Under the pieces are notes generated by a model. The model was not told the DNA's origin. It worked only from the letters and a program-made list of their open reading frames with translations, and ran no database searches. A stretch of 62,123 nucleotides of DNA, filler included, from Candidatus Delongbacteria bacterium (GTDB lineage Bacteria > UBA4055): NCBI GenBank assembly GCA_016937995.1. It is 5 parts of 5 records of this genome, joined end to end, with 100 filler letters (N's around TTAATTAATTAA, not from the genome) between each part and the next. Parts side by side here need not be neighbours in the genome. Positions count along the whole stretch, not along the records: positions 30,434 to 49,087 come from JAFGVM010000016.1; positions 49,188 to 53,592 come from JAFGVM010000018.1; 3 more parts are not named here. One strand, 5' to 3'. Position numbers and translations under genes: made by a program. Below are positions 39,404 to 49,332 of the stretch, piece after piece (position 1 is the stretch's first letter; each line of letters begins with the position of its first letter).

Positions 39404-39994
39404 CTACAATCCCAGAAAATTTTGAATTCTTTTAATGGTTAAACTGGTGTCTTTGTGGAGGTAGGAAGTAATTCTATTTTTTAAAGCACCTTTAATATTC
39501 TGCTCAAGATCATCAAAGAAAATTGCATTTTTCAGATCTATGGAATACTTTGATATAAGTTTGATATAAAAACCATCCTCCGGCTTTATAAAACCTTCAT
39601 CATATGAGAAAAATTCAGAATATTCGAACGGTAATGGAAAATTTTCTTTTATATGACCAATATGGATCGGGTCAGTATTACTAGCGATTACGATCCTTAT
39701 ATCATCCACCGGTAATTTTGAGATATATTCTATCATCTCTTTGTTATATGAAAATATATTTGACCAGAGTGTTGCAAAATCATCGTAAGTTACATCGGTT
39801 TGGGATGTAGATTTGAACTTTTGATAAAATTCCATCCCGCTTATCCTTCCTGTATAGAATGAATGATGATGAGCTTTTTCGAAGTTCTCCATTTCTTCGA
39901 TAGAAAGAACAAAAGTATCTTTTAGTTTGTTGATCAGTTTATCTGTATCAACATTAATAAGAACATTCCCCAGATCAAAGATCAAAGTTTTCAA
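39404..39994 (-). CDS. HAD-family phosphatase (YihX-like)
   Basis: FDLGNVL, SNT, KP, FFDD; TTG start. Confidence 0.9.
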   Translation of the reverse strand: MKTLIFDLGNVLINVDTDKLINKLKDTFVLSIEEMENFEKAHHHSFYTGRISGMEFYQKFKSTSQTDVTYDDFATLWSNIFSYNKEMIEYISKLPVDDIRIVIASNTDPIHIGHIKENFPLPFEYSEFFSYDEGFIKPEDGFYIKLISKYSIDLKNAIFFDDLEQNIKGALKNRITSYLHKDTSLTIKRIQNFLGL

Positions 39995-39997
39995 ATT

Positions 39998-40897
39998 CTA
40001 TTTCCTGATATAATTTTTTACTAAACGACTCTTTCTGAGACCGGATCGTTCCAGTAAGCTGACGAAACCTGTATCAGATGTATTCACATTCAAAACTAAC
40101 TGGCTGATTTTGTGCTGTTCTGATAATTGTATCACTCGATTTAGGACCGCATTATAAAATATCTCATTTTGTTGAGTTTCATAGCAACCGTAATTGATCA
40201 GTTCCAGCTTGTTTTTTAACCCGTTTGTAAATACCGGCATCATATAACCTATTGCTTTACCTTCAAAAATTACTGAATCCCAGATATCTTCACTTTGATA
40301 TCCTTCCTCAAGCATATCAAGATATACTTTTTCATTAGACAAGTTAGCGTATATATCCTTGTAAGTACTTTTTGAAATAATATTGAATCTCTCTTCAACG
40401 GGGATATTGATCAACTGATCGTAAGTACATTCAGAATTGTTTTGAACTCTTATTTCATTTAATTTCGCTTCAAAATTTATTTTTGTAAGTATATTTATGA
40501 ATTTGTAATCCGTTATCAGTTTTTTATAATCAGTAAAATACTTATTATTCTCTGATATAGTGATATGCAAGGCTTTTTCTATAGCACCTGAAATTATTTC
40601 ATCGTTCAAATATTCAAATATCAGTGTCATTGCTTTTGTAAATTCTTCAGGAGCTAATTCTATATTCATAGCTAACAATGGAGGTTTTTCCAGTATTCTC
40701 CTGGTATGGTTTCTGAAAATTTCCAGAGATAGCAATGGTATATCCCCATTTGATACTACGAAATAATCACCTTCAACAGCTGAACCCTGCTCGAACATTC
40801 TTTCAAGCTGATAAGCATATGATTCGACCAGATCTTCAGGGTAAAATCCTATGAAGAATTCTTTTGAAGTTTTATGTCGTATTACATTTAGTTCCAT
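39998..40897 (-). CDS. Hypothetical protein, possibly a degenerate GNAT fold
   Basis: 299-aa ORF coupled to ychF; C-terminal L.LNVN..D.....L.ER.G resembles the GNAT motif B region. Confidence 0.6.
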   Translation of the reverse strand: MELNVIRHKTSKEFFIGFYPEDLVESYAYQLERMFEQGSAVEGDYFVVSNGDIPLLSLEIFRNHTRRILEKPPLLAMNIELAPEEFTKAMTLIFEYLNDEIISGAIEKALHITISENNKYFTDYKKLITDYKFINILTKINFEAKLNEIRVQNNSECTYDQLINIPVEERFNIISKSTYKDIYANLSNEKVYLDMLEEGYQSEDIWDSVIFEGKAIGYMMPVFTNGLKNKLELINYGCYETQQNEIFYNAVLNRVIQLSEQHKISQLVLNVNTSDTGFVSLLERSGLRKSRLVKNYIRK

Positions 40898-42000
40898 TAT
40901 TTGCCAAATCTAAAGATTATAACATCTCCGTCCTGAACAATATATGATTTTCCTTCCAATCTTGCTTTTCCATTCTGTCTTGCTACAGCTCTGTCAAATC
41001 CGCTAGCTACAAAGTCATCGTATGATATAACATCTGCTTTTATAAATCTGTTTTCAAAGTCGGTATGAATTACTCCGGCTGCCTGAGGTGCTGTCATCCC
41101 TTTCTTTATATTCCAAGCTTTGACTTCAATTTCACCTTCGGTAAGGAATGTGCTTAAGCCCAATAGAGAGTATGTTTCTTTTAATAATAAGTTCAATCCC
41201 GGTTCTTCAAGTCCGTAATCAATTAAGAACTCTCTCTTTTCTTCTTCATCGAGCATTGCGATCTCAGCTTCAACTTTACCACAGATAGAAACAACTCCGT
41301 AATTTCTTTCAGCTGCATATTTCTTTACTGCTGATGTATATTCTGAATCCTTTCCTGCCATAAGTTCATCTTCAGAAATATTACATACGAATATCATTGG
41401 TTTAAAAGTCAGAAGGTTCATGTCTTTAATTAATTTTAATTCATCATCATTCAATCCTATGGATCTGGGATGCTCAAGCTCGGACATTACTGAATGAAGT
41501 TTTTCATATATCGGTTGCAGAAGGATCGCTTCCTTATTTTTTGCTTTGACCAGTTTATCATTTTTAGCTAATCTGTTCTCAACTGTTTCAAGATCTTTCA
41601 TTATCAACTCTGCATCAATAGTTTCCATATCCCTTGCCGGATTTACCGATCCGTCAACATGAACAATATTATCATCATCAAAACAACGGACCACGTGAAG
41701 TATGGCATCCACCTGTTTTATATCTCCGAGGAATTTATTACCAAGACCTTCTCCTGATGCAGATCCTTTTACAAGTCCTGCAATGTCCATTACTTCCATA
41801 TGATTATATACTTTTTTATTCGAAGTGATATTATTAAATATCTCATCAACTCTCTTATCCGGAACATCAACTATCGCTATATTAGGCTTCACAGTTGAAA
41901 ATGAATAGCTTGTAGATTCTGCTTCAGATGAAGTCAATGCATTAAATATCGTTGTTTTTCCGGTATTGGTTATACCAACGATACCTGCTATAATACCCAT
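40897..42000 (-). CDS. ychF: Ribosome-associated ATPase YchF
   Basis: GKTTIFNALT, DIAGLVKGAS.GEGLGNKFL, HVVRCF, APQAAGVIHTDFE. Confidence 0.96.
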   Translation of the reverse strand: MGIIAGIVGITNTGKTTIFNALTSSEAESTSYSFSTVKPNIAIVDVPDKRVDEIFNNITSNKKVYNHMEVMDIAGLVKGSASGEGLGNKFLGDIKQVDAILHVVRCFDDDNIVHVDGSVNPARDMETIDAELIMKDLETVENRLAKNDKLVKAKNKEAILLQPIYEKLHSVMSELEHPRSIGLNDDELKLIKDMNLLTFKPMIFVCNISEDELMAGKDSEYTSAVKKYAAERNYGVVSICGKVEAEIAMLDEEEKREFLIDYGLEEPGLNLLLKETYSLLGLSTFLTEGEIEVKAWNIKKGMTAPQAAGVIHTDFENRFIKADVISYDDFVASGFDRAVARQNGKARLEGKSYIVQDGDVIIFRFGK

Positions 42001-42078
42001 AATTTCTCCTTAACTGTAATTCAGCTGTAAATATAGAAATCATATTTATTTATATCAACTTAAATAATTTTGTATAAT

Positions 42079-42195
42079 AAAAAAGGTGGATTCAATCCAC
42101 CTTTGGATTTTTGTCATCCTTGTGCTTGACACGGGGATCCACAATCATTCTGAATTTATTTCTGAATCTTGAGACTTGGTAAATCACGTTTCTAC
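42079..42195. repeat. Terminator plus three REP-like palindromes downstream of a T9SS cargo gene
   Basis: AAAGGTGGAT..ATCCACCTTT; GTCATCCTTGTG..CACGGGGATCC; TCATTCTGAATTTATTTCTGAATC; GTAGAAACGTG..CAAGTCTC on the minus strand. Confidence 0.65.
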
Positions 42196-42202
42196 GGGAT
42201 CC

Positions 42203-44335
42203 TTATTTTATTAATATCATTTTTTTAGATTCTGACCTTTCATTTACTTCCAATGTGTAAAAATAAATTCCCGAATTCAAATGTGTAGCATCAAAATTAA
42301 CTCTGTGCAGTCCTTTTATCATTTTGCTATCGACTAGAGATGCAACTTTTTCACCATTAGAATTGAAAACAGTAAGTTTAACTTTGGAATCATTCTGGAT
42401 CTTGAAACTTATCTCTGTACTCGGATTAAACGGATTTGGGTAATTCTGCATTAATTCAAAGTCATTCATTAACGAAACCTGCTCTGCTGAAATACCTGTT
42501 CCGTCAGATATCGACCCTGTGATCTTCCATACATGAAGGAACTGCTGAAAATTAATTTGACCAAAGATCGGTGGTATTACAGCAACATAATCATAATATT
42601 GACAAGCTGTGTAAACTTCTATTTCTCCGGATTCTATTTTTCCGTTAGATGAACAAACCCATCCACTTTCATGTAATGTAGACGTTTTTGTAACATTCAT
42701 CGGATAATAAAGATTATATACATTTAAAGAGTCTTCGTCAAAATAAACTTCATGATGACCGTAATCCGATGCTTCATCTGATGAAGGTATCTCCCATGTA
42801 TCTCCATCATCACAGGAAAAAGAAAGGAATCCGTCATCGATATAAACAGTATCCGGTTCAGGATCTTCATTGATCTCAGGTCTGGTATTAGGTCTGTCAA
42901 GCCATGTTCCATAGATCTGGCCGAATCCGGCATATCCAATTGATAGAATATTGAAATTTGACCAAACATATTCTATTTCACCAGTGTCAAGCCCAATTAA
43001 AGATGCTACAAAATGAGCAGGGCTCCAGACAACACCGGTATCTGTTATCAAACCTCTTACATGGTAATAACCTGCAATAAAATCTTCGTCGTTCATATAA
43101 TAAAGATCATCAGCCTTCCCGGGTTCTGTGGTGCCTCCGAATACTTTGATCAGTAGATGTACAGCATTATATTCTGTTGCTACAGCTGAAATATTCCAGG
43201 TTATAAATGGATCGTTCAATACAGTTTTTATAGTATCTCCCGAAACCGAATCTATTTCAGTAAATGTAGTTCCGTACCAGTCAAATAGATCTTCAGGTTC
43301 TATCCGGAAGAGTTTATTACCGTCTGTTATCCAGTTGGAAGACCAATTGATAGTATTATCATCTCCACCCCAGTCTGTAGTATACATGTAACTTATTCTT
43401 GGATTATATTCAATATCCATACTGTCAAGAAATATCCTGTCTCCGACATCATTAGCCATGCATACAGCGATACCGTACCCGGTACCATTCCCGTAAACAT
43501 CTTTACAGTAAGCAAACTGAAGTTGGTTCATTTGGATAAGTCCATTCGTATCGTCAGAGCAATCGAATGTCAGTTCCTGATGATTTGTCCAATCCCAACT
43601 GGAAGAATCTGAAGGTGTCATTGATCTGCCTACAACAGAACTTATGATAAAATCTTCCATCGCCAACAGATCTTGATTCCAAGCTTGTGACCAGTAATAA
43701 AATCCTGTTCCCGGATCATAGACCACATCTCCGGTACCGCACCATGCACCCGGGATTCTTCCCCCGAATGAATCCTCGACAACACCGACTGTGCTGATTG
43801 TACTGTCATATCCCCATGTCGCATTTACTACTGAAAACATCGGATATGAATTAGTTGCAGTTACTCCATCGAAGTCATTAAATGTACTGAAATAAAAACC
43901 ATTGATAAATCCACATGAATATGGATATCTACCTCCCGGTGCATACCAGTAATTCGATTCATCATAGATCTTAAGTGTATCACTCAAAAGCTCTTCGCCA
44001 GTCCAGTCACCTACCATGACTCCCATTGTACCAGAGCCTGTCGATGGATTCAATTTTCTATAGATCGATCCGATCAAAGGAGCTCCCGATGAACCCGCAT
44101 CCCAGCTGAGTTTTTTATTTTCTTGATACCAGCCGTAACCATTTGCTGATTTGTCAAAATAATCACTGATAGTACCTTCATAGGGAGTTTTTGTAGATAC
44201 GACAGATGATAAATCATTTTTTATCTGCTTGATCTTCTTTTGACCATCTTTCATTTTCATTTCAGACTTTGAAATTGAGAATAAAGGTACAGTAAAAAAT
44301 GCAGCTAAACATAATACTGATAATCTGTAAAACAT
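42203..44335 (-). CDS. Secreted protein with T9SS type A C-terminal sorting domain, function unknown
   Basis: Signal peptide; acidic Trp-rich body; C-terminal QNYPNPFNPST.I.F...SGIYFY.L...KKMILIK. Confidence 0.88.
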   Translation of the reverse strand: MFYRLSVLCLAAFFTVPLFSISKSEMKMKDGQKKIKQIKNDLSSVVSTKTPYEGTISDYFDKSANGYGWYQENKKLSWDAGSSGAPLIGSIYRKLNPSTGSGTMGVMVGDWTGEELLSDTLKIYDESNYWYAPGGRYPYSCGFINGFYFSTFNDFDGVTATNSYPMFSVVNATWGYDSTISTVGVVEDSFGGRIPGAWCGTGDVVYDPGTGFYYWSQAWNQDLLAMEDFIISSVVGRSMTPSDSSSWDWTNHQELTFDCSDDTNGLIQMNQLQFAYCKDVYGNGTGYGIAVCMANDVGDRIFLDSMDIEYNPRISYMYTTDWGGDDNTINWSSNWITDGNKLFRIEPEDLFDWYGTTFTEIDSVSGDTIKTVLNDPFITWNISAVATEYNAVHLLIKVFGGTTEPGKADDLYYMNDEDFIAGYYHVRGLITDTGVVWSPAHFVASLIGLDTGEIEYVWSNFNILSIGYAGFGQIYGTWLDRPNTRPEINEDPEPDTVYIDDGFLSFSCDDGDTWEIPSSDEASDYGHHEVYFDEDSLNVYNLYYPMNVTKTSTLHESGWVCSSNGKIESGEIEVYTACQYYDYVAVIPPIFGQINFQQFLHVWKITGSISDGTGISAEQVSLMNDFELMQNYPNPFNPSTEISFKIQNDSKVKLTVFNSNGEKVASLVDSKMIKGLHRVNFDATHLNSGIYFYTLEVNERSESKKMILIK

Positions 44336-44515
44336 CTTACACCTCTCGGATATTTAATCTAACTTAGAATGACATCAATATTATATATACTACTTATTTC
44401 TCAATTAATCAAGAAAATAAAAAAGGTGATCCTGCTACTTCAAAAATTTTATTCACTTTTTATATTTTCGATAGGATTACACTTATTTGTTTTTTATGCG
44501 TTTTGATTTTTTTTA

Positions 44516-44736
44516 GCACTTAACGGAATTTTGGTTATCTGACGATAGTGATTATTCACTGTTGTGTAAAAACTACTTCCAGTATAGTGCGTTTCAGATT
44601 TTAAAGTGAATAATACCGGAAGTCCCAAAATTAACGTTCGTGCTGCCCTTTTCTTTCCAACTTTCTTTTGGGCAAGCAAAAGAAAGCTGAAATAATTCTT
44701 TTAAAAAAAAGGGACGGGCAAGAAACCCGCCCCTAC
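44516..44736. repeat. Long imperfect inverted-repeat element plus a GTAG-class REP
   Basis: Nested stems AGCAC/GTGCT, AATTTTGG/CCAAAATT, ATTATTCACT/AGTGAATAAT; hairpin CTTTCTTTTG..CAAAAGAAAG; GTAGGGGCGGG..CCCGTCCC (minus, 44711-44736). Confidence 0.65.
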
Positions 44737-44770
44737 AGACTGACCACTGGGCACTGTACATTATTCAATT

Positions 44771-45772
44771 TTAACTTCCCAGCGTAGCAACCATTACGGC
44801 TTTAATAGTGTGCATTCTGTTCTCTGCCTCCTCAAATACCAATGAATTCTCTGATTCAAAAACATCATCAGTAACTTCCATTGCCTCAATACCGAATTTC
44901 TTATATATCTCTTCACCTTTGATAGTATCTCTATTGTGGAATGAAGGTAAACAGTGAAGGAATTTTACATTCGGATTTCCAGTTGCTTTTACGACATTCT
45001 TGTTCACCTGGTAAGGTATCATCTGCTTAATTCTTTTTTCCCATGCGGAATCAGGTTCACCCATTGAAACCCATACATCCGTATAAAGGAAATCAACACC
45101 TTTTACAGCTTTTTTCACATCTTCTGAGATAAGTATCTTAGCACCAGTTTGTTTAGCTATTTTTTTACACTCGTCTACAAGCTTTTTAGCAGGTTGGCAT
45201 GATTTTGGAGAAGCCATTCTAAAGTCCATACCAAGTTTTGCAGCACCTACCATCAATGAATTACCCATGTTGTTCTTACCGTCACCTAGGTAACAGAATG
45301 AAACCTGAGAAAGTGGTTTGTCTGTATTTTCCATCATTGTCAAAAAATCCGCAAGTATTTGAGTAGGATGGAATTCTGTAGTAAGTCCGTTCCACACAGG
45401 AACTCCGGCATAAGCACCAAGTTCTTCTACGATCTCCTGACCGAAACCACGGTATTCAATACCGTCATACATTCCACCTAGAACTCTTGCAGTATCTTTC
45501 ATTGATTCTTTATACCCTATCTGTGATCCGGAAGGACCAAGATATGTTACGTGTGCGCCCTGATCAAATGCTGCCACCTCGAAAGCACATCTTGTTCTTG
45601 TTGAAGCTTTTTCAAATATCAATGCGATATTTTTTCCAACCAGTTTTTTCTGCTCAGTACCTGCATATTTTGCTTCTTTCAGGTCCTGTGATAATTTTAG
45701 AAGAAATTTTATCTCTTTTGGAGTAAAATCCAGAAGTTTTAAAAAATTTCTGTTCTTCAGATTAAAGGCCAT
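44771..45772 (-). CDS. argF: Ornithine carbamoyltransferase
   Basis: [28 protein letters not shown]; start at ATG 45772 after AGGAGA; anabolic versus catabolic (arcB) role not resolved. Confidence 0.95.
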   Translation of the reverse strand: MAFNLKNRNFLKLLDFTPKEIKFLLKLSQDLKEAKYAGTEQKKLVGKNIALIFEKASTRTRCAFEVAAFDQGAHVTYLGPSGSQIGYKESMKDTARVLGGMYDGIEYRGFGQEIVEELGAYAGVPVWNGLTTEFHPTQILADFLTMMENTDKPLSQVSFCYLGDGKNNMGNSLMVGAAKLGMDFRMASPKSCQPAKKLVDECKKIAKQTGAKILISEDVKKAVKGVDFLYTDVWVSMGEPDSAWEKRIKQMIPYQVNKNVVKATGNPNVKFLHCLPSFHNRDTIKGEEIYKKFGIEAMEVTDDVFESENSLVFEEAENRMHTIKAVMVATLGS

Positions 45773-46085
45773 TTTCGTTCTCCTTTTCAACTTTATATTT
45801 ATAAATTTTTTCTCCTTCTTTTACCATGCCCTGCTCTCTTGCTTTTTTCTCCATTTCAAAAGGGTCTTTATTCTTCAGGAGTTCATTACTTTCTTTCTGC
45901 TCCTGTATCTTTTTTTCCAGCTCTTCTACTTCAATTTTCTTCTGTTCATACAATTTTTTATCTTCGATCAGTCTGAAGACAGAATATTGCCCCTGAAAAA
46001 AAAGATAATAACTTGCCAGAATGATCAATATACTGGATATAATGATCAGAATTCTTTTTCTTTTTCTTTTTTTACTCAGTGCCAT
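45762..46085 (-). CDS. ftsB: Septum formation initiator (FtsB/DivIC family)
   Basis: Basic N-terminus, TM helix, coiled coil, EKKARE.GMVK.GE. Confidence 0.85.
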   Translation of the reverse strand: MALSKKRKRKRILIIISSILIILASYYLFFQGQYSVFRLIEDKKLYEQKKIEVEELEKKIQEQKESNELLKNKDPFEMEKKAREQGMVKEGEKIYKYKVEKENENGL

Positions 46086-46126
46086 AATCCGGTGAAAATA
46101 TATCAGTTAGATATATATTTCTCAAC

Positions 46127-48727
46127 TTATTTTTTTATATTCTTTATTTTGCTTATAAGAAGGTCAGCAATACTCATATTATAGCCTTTAGATGAGAATA
46201 GTATTTTATTATTACTATCCGCCAGGATAACTATAGGATAAGATTCATCAGCAGTTTCCGGAATAAGTATCTCACCCTGTTTCTGTATAATATTAACTGC
46301 CTCAATATTTTTCAGGTCATCATTATTTCTCAATTCAGTGTAAATAACGATAGAAGTTTCAAGTTCTTCAAATTTAGCAGCTTTTTCCAGTAACAGGTTC
46401 AACATTCTTTGAGTAGGCTCAGTAGATATTACCCCTCTTACCAGTACGATCTTATTTTTACTGTTGGATATTGATGAAGTAAGTGAATTTATTTTTTTGA
46501 CAGCCTCATCCGATAATTCTGATGATATATCTATATATTCCTTTGGAGTGGTCAATTTTATAGTTATATCAGTATCCGTATTTCCAATATTCTTTATAAC
46601 AACATTTGCATCTCCGTTTGAATTCCTCACACCTGCTTCAAGATATAAAAATTTATCATCCTGTTTCGGGAATGTGAGTATGTAATCCAATGAATCATTC
46701 TCACCGTCAAAGTATGAATATTGCAATACTCCTTTATCCAATTCCCCCATAAGAAAATTGTTCCATGGATCAGCTTTCACCTTCTCATCATCTATGTATA
46801 ATGACAGTTTCACTTTTCTATCTTCCGGTTTCTTTTTTTCTGAGACACTCTCCACTGTAATGAATTCTTTTCCGTTAAAATATTCCAGTCTTCCTTTCCA
46901 CTGGACCGGAACACCTAAAAGTTTTAGAGAACAATTGAGCAGTTTGATCCTGTAAAATTCCGGGATGGATCTCATGTTAAGAATCTCTACGGGATTCAGT
47001 GATCCGGCATAATACTCATACACAAAATTACTGTCAACTTTGACCTTGGTATCCACCCATTTAACTACATCTTTCACTGTAGTATTAATATTATATGAAC
47101 GGAGATCTTTAATTTGATCATAAAGTTCAGTTTGCCAACCGTTCTGAGGCGGAGTTCCAGATTTCCATGTTACTCCGACAACATTACTGGTGAATACAGA
47201 ATCAGGGATTATCTTTATGTATTTATTTTTCCCTTCGTAGTAAATATTCACTAGATCACTTATAGCTGTACTGTCAGGTATCTCATTCAATTCTTTTTCA
47301 TCCCATTCTTCGATCATTGAAGTCAATATTTTCAATTTTGTTTTATTTGTTTTTAAACCTTTATATACTTTTAAGAATTCTGATGTGTTCTGTCCCAGAA
47401 GATCGCATTTTTCAAGAAAATGTTTTTGTCTTTTACTGAAAATGATCTGATCGTAATTTTTTATACTGTTATCAAAATAGTAAACAAAGTCGATCGTACG
47501 TTTAAAATTTTCAAATTTCATCTTTCTCTTGAGATCTGAAAGTTGATTTTTCAGGTCGAAAGTATCTTTAAAATATTCTTTTTGAGTTTTATCATTTTCA
47601 AATTCAGAGTTGTATATCTGAAATTTAAAATTTAATTCCTCATCTATTCTTTCATTTCCATCTTTCAGAACTATCCTTATCTCAGCATCATTTTCAAGAC
47701 TATTGAAAAGTGCGTAACCAAATTTAGACCTATCATCATAGGCCGTTATAAATACCGAACCCTTACCCAGCGGGATCGAGACTTCTCCGAATTTATCCGT
47801 TCTGGCATCTATCAGAGGCATCAATCCTCCATATGAAACTGCGTAAAGCGTAACTAAAGCACCTTCTACCGGCTGACCAAGCTCATCATCTATCATTATC
47901 TTTGCATCATCGTACTTATCTGTATAATATTCAATAGAACTTAGAATCGTGGAGTTATCTTCGTATTTAATTGTATTTTTCTCCTGATAATCTCCAAAAA
48001 CTCTTGAAGTTATCAGTGATGCACGTAAAGTCGTATGGGAAAACCATGTTTTGTTTAAACTGTTGGCCAATTCACCCAGATATTTCCATCCGTCAGGTGT
48101 CCAAACTTCGACCCATGCATGATTATTGTCCGTAAAGTTCCAGAATGGTGCACCTGCGGATCTTACCGGAATACCTACACTTCTCGCAGCTGCCATATAG
48201 AATATCATCATCTCTTCACACCTGCCCCAGCCTCTTTTGATCGTAGTTAAAGGTCCTTGGTCCCTCCCGTGAGTAGATTTATAGGTCATATGTTCATAAG
48301 CCCAGAAGTTTATAGCTATTGCAGCCTCTTCGATATTTGAAATATTTTCCACTACCGGCTTTAATTCATCATAAAATTGTTTTCTCCAATTTTCAAAAGG
48401 TTCCTGTGAAGATCTTAATGGTAATACAAAATGCTTGAATATATTTTCATCATACTGTTTTGAATACAAAAATTCTTTTGATCTTATTGCATATTCCACA
48501 CTTTCCAGAATGTAAGCAGGTGTTAGTACAGCAAGGTCATTCGGAGATGAATTATTTAAAATGAACTCAACATATTCCAGGGTTTTACCTTTTTGTTTAT
48601 CGACCATTTCCAGCAATGATCTTTTATTTTTACCTGAATATTTGTTGATCTTTTCCACTGTGCTTTTTTCTAAAGCTGATATCGTTCCGAATATAACAAT
48701 TAATGCGATTATTAAAATATTTTTCAT
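46127..48727 (-). CDS. Secreted transglutaminase-domain protein
   Basis: Signal peptide from ATG 48727; F..FVLP.R...E, GRCEE, ARSVGIP.R, NHAWVEVW. Confidence 0.85.
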   Translation of the reverse strand: MKNILIIALIVIFGTISALEKSTVEKINKYSGKNKRSLLEMVDKQKGKTLEYVEFILNNSSPNDLAVLTPAYILESVEYAIRSKEFLYSKQYDENIFKHFVLPLRSSQEPFENWRKQFYDELKPVVENISNIEEAAIAINFWAYEHMTYKSTHGRDQGPLTTIKRGWGRCEEMMIFYMAAARSVGIPVRSAGAPFWNFTDNNHAWVEVWTPDGWKYLGELANSLNKTWFSHTTLRASLITSRVFGDYQEKNTIKYEDNSTILSSIEYYTDKYDDAKIMIDDELGQPVEGALVTLYAVSYGGLMPLIDARTDKFGEVSIPLGKGSVFITAYDDRSKFGYALFNSLENDAEIRIVLKDGNERIDEELNFKFQIYNSEFENDKTQKEYFKDTFDLKNQLSDLKRKMKFENFKRTIDFVYYFDNSIKNYDQIIFSKRQKHFLEKCDLLGQNTSEFLKVYKGLKTNKTKLKILTSMIEEWDEKELNEIPDSTAISDLVNIYYEGKNKYIKIIPDSVFTSNVVGVTWKSGTPPQNGWQTELYDQIKDLRSYNINTTVKDVVKWVDTKVKVDSNFVYEYYAGSLNPVEILNMRSIPEFYRIKLLNCSLKLLGVPVQWKGRLEYFNGKEFITVESVSEKKKPEDRKVKLSLYIDDEKVKADPWNNFLMGELDKGVLQYSYFDGENDSLDYILTFPKQDDKFLYLEAGVRNSNGDANVVIKNIGNTDTDITIKLTTPKEYIDISSELSDEAVKKINSLTSSISNSKNKIVLVRGVISTEPTQRMLNLLLEKAAKFEELETSIVIYTELRNNDDLKNIEAVNIIQKQGEILIPETADESYPIVILADSNNKILFSSKGYNMSIADLLISKIKNIKK

Positions 48728-48868
48728 TCTTTTATCTCTTCGATTATAGTTTGTAACTTCTGAATTTTTTATCACTTGATCTTGAGTACTAATATTATTC
48801 ATTTTAATATTATTTTGCAATAAAAAAAGGGAGTAAAAAACTCCCTTTTATTTCATTGATGAAAATTT

Positions 48869-49087
48869 TTATTTCAGCTTATATCCGAATGTTATCATGT
48901 GAGTCATACCAAGATCACCCATATGTTTCCAACCATAATCAAGTTTCATTCCCATTGATTCCATGTTGAAACCTATACCAAGTGTTGTACCCATCCAGTT
49001 AATTCCACTGTCTGAATAATCCAATTCAGGATCTGCCGGATCAGCGTTTTCAGGGAACTCAGCATCGTCGCTTTTTACGATCCAGTA
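48869..49087 (-). CDS. C-terminal fragment of a PorV/PorQ-like outer-membrane beta-barrel
   Basis: Manual translation ...GTTLGIGFNMESMGMKLDYGWKHMGDLGMTHMITFGYKLK*; not in the ORF track. Confidence 0.65.
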   Translation of the reverse strand, partial: YWIVKSDDAEFPENADPADPELDYSDSGINWMGTTLGIGFNMESMGMKLDYGWKHMGDLGMTHMITFGYKLK

Positions 49088-49187
49088 NNNNNNNNNNNNN
49101 NNNNNNNNNNNNNNNNNNNNNNNNNNNNNNNTTAATTAATTAANNNNNNNNNNNNNNNNNNNNNNNNNNNNNNNNNNNNNNNNNNNN
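49088..49187. other. Artificial contig linker
   Basis: N44-TTAATTAATTAA-N44. Confidence 0.98.
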
Positions 49188-49273
49188 TATTACAAATGGG
49201 AGAATGCCGGAATTGCGTGATTATGATTACACACCAAAACTAAAAAAGCTGTCTAAATTATGGGAGCCACTAT

Positions 49274-49314
49274 AAAAAGAAACGATGTTCATTATTGAAC
49301 ATCGTTTCTTTTTT
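49274..49314. terminator. Bidirectional terminator after ftcd and a truncated plus-strand gene
   Basis: AAAAGAAACGATGTTCA / TGAACATCGTTTCTTTT inverted repeat. Confidence 0.75.
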
Positions 49315-49332
49315 GTTTAGTAATAGTAGATT

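Noticed and set aside
44494..44679. 61-aa ORF
   Set aside because: Coincides with the inverted-repeat element and has no coding features
49189..49275. 3' end of a plus-strand ORF (ITNGRMPELRDYDYTPKLKKLSKLWEPL)
   Set aside because: Probably real, given the terminator right after it, but too short to assign a product or be sure of the frame
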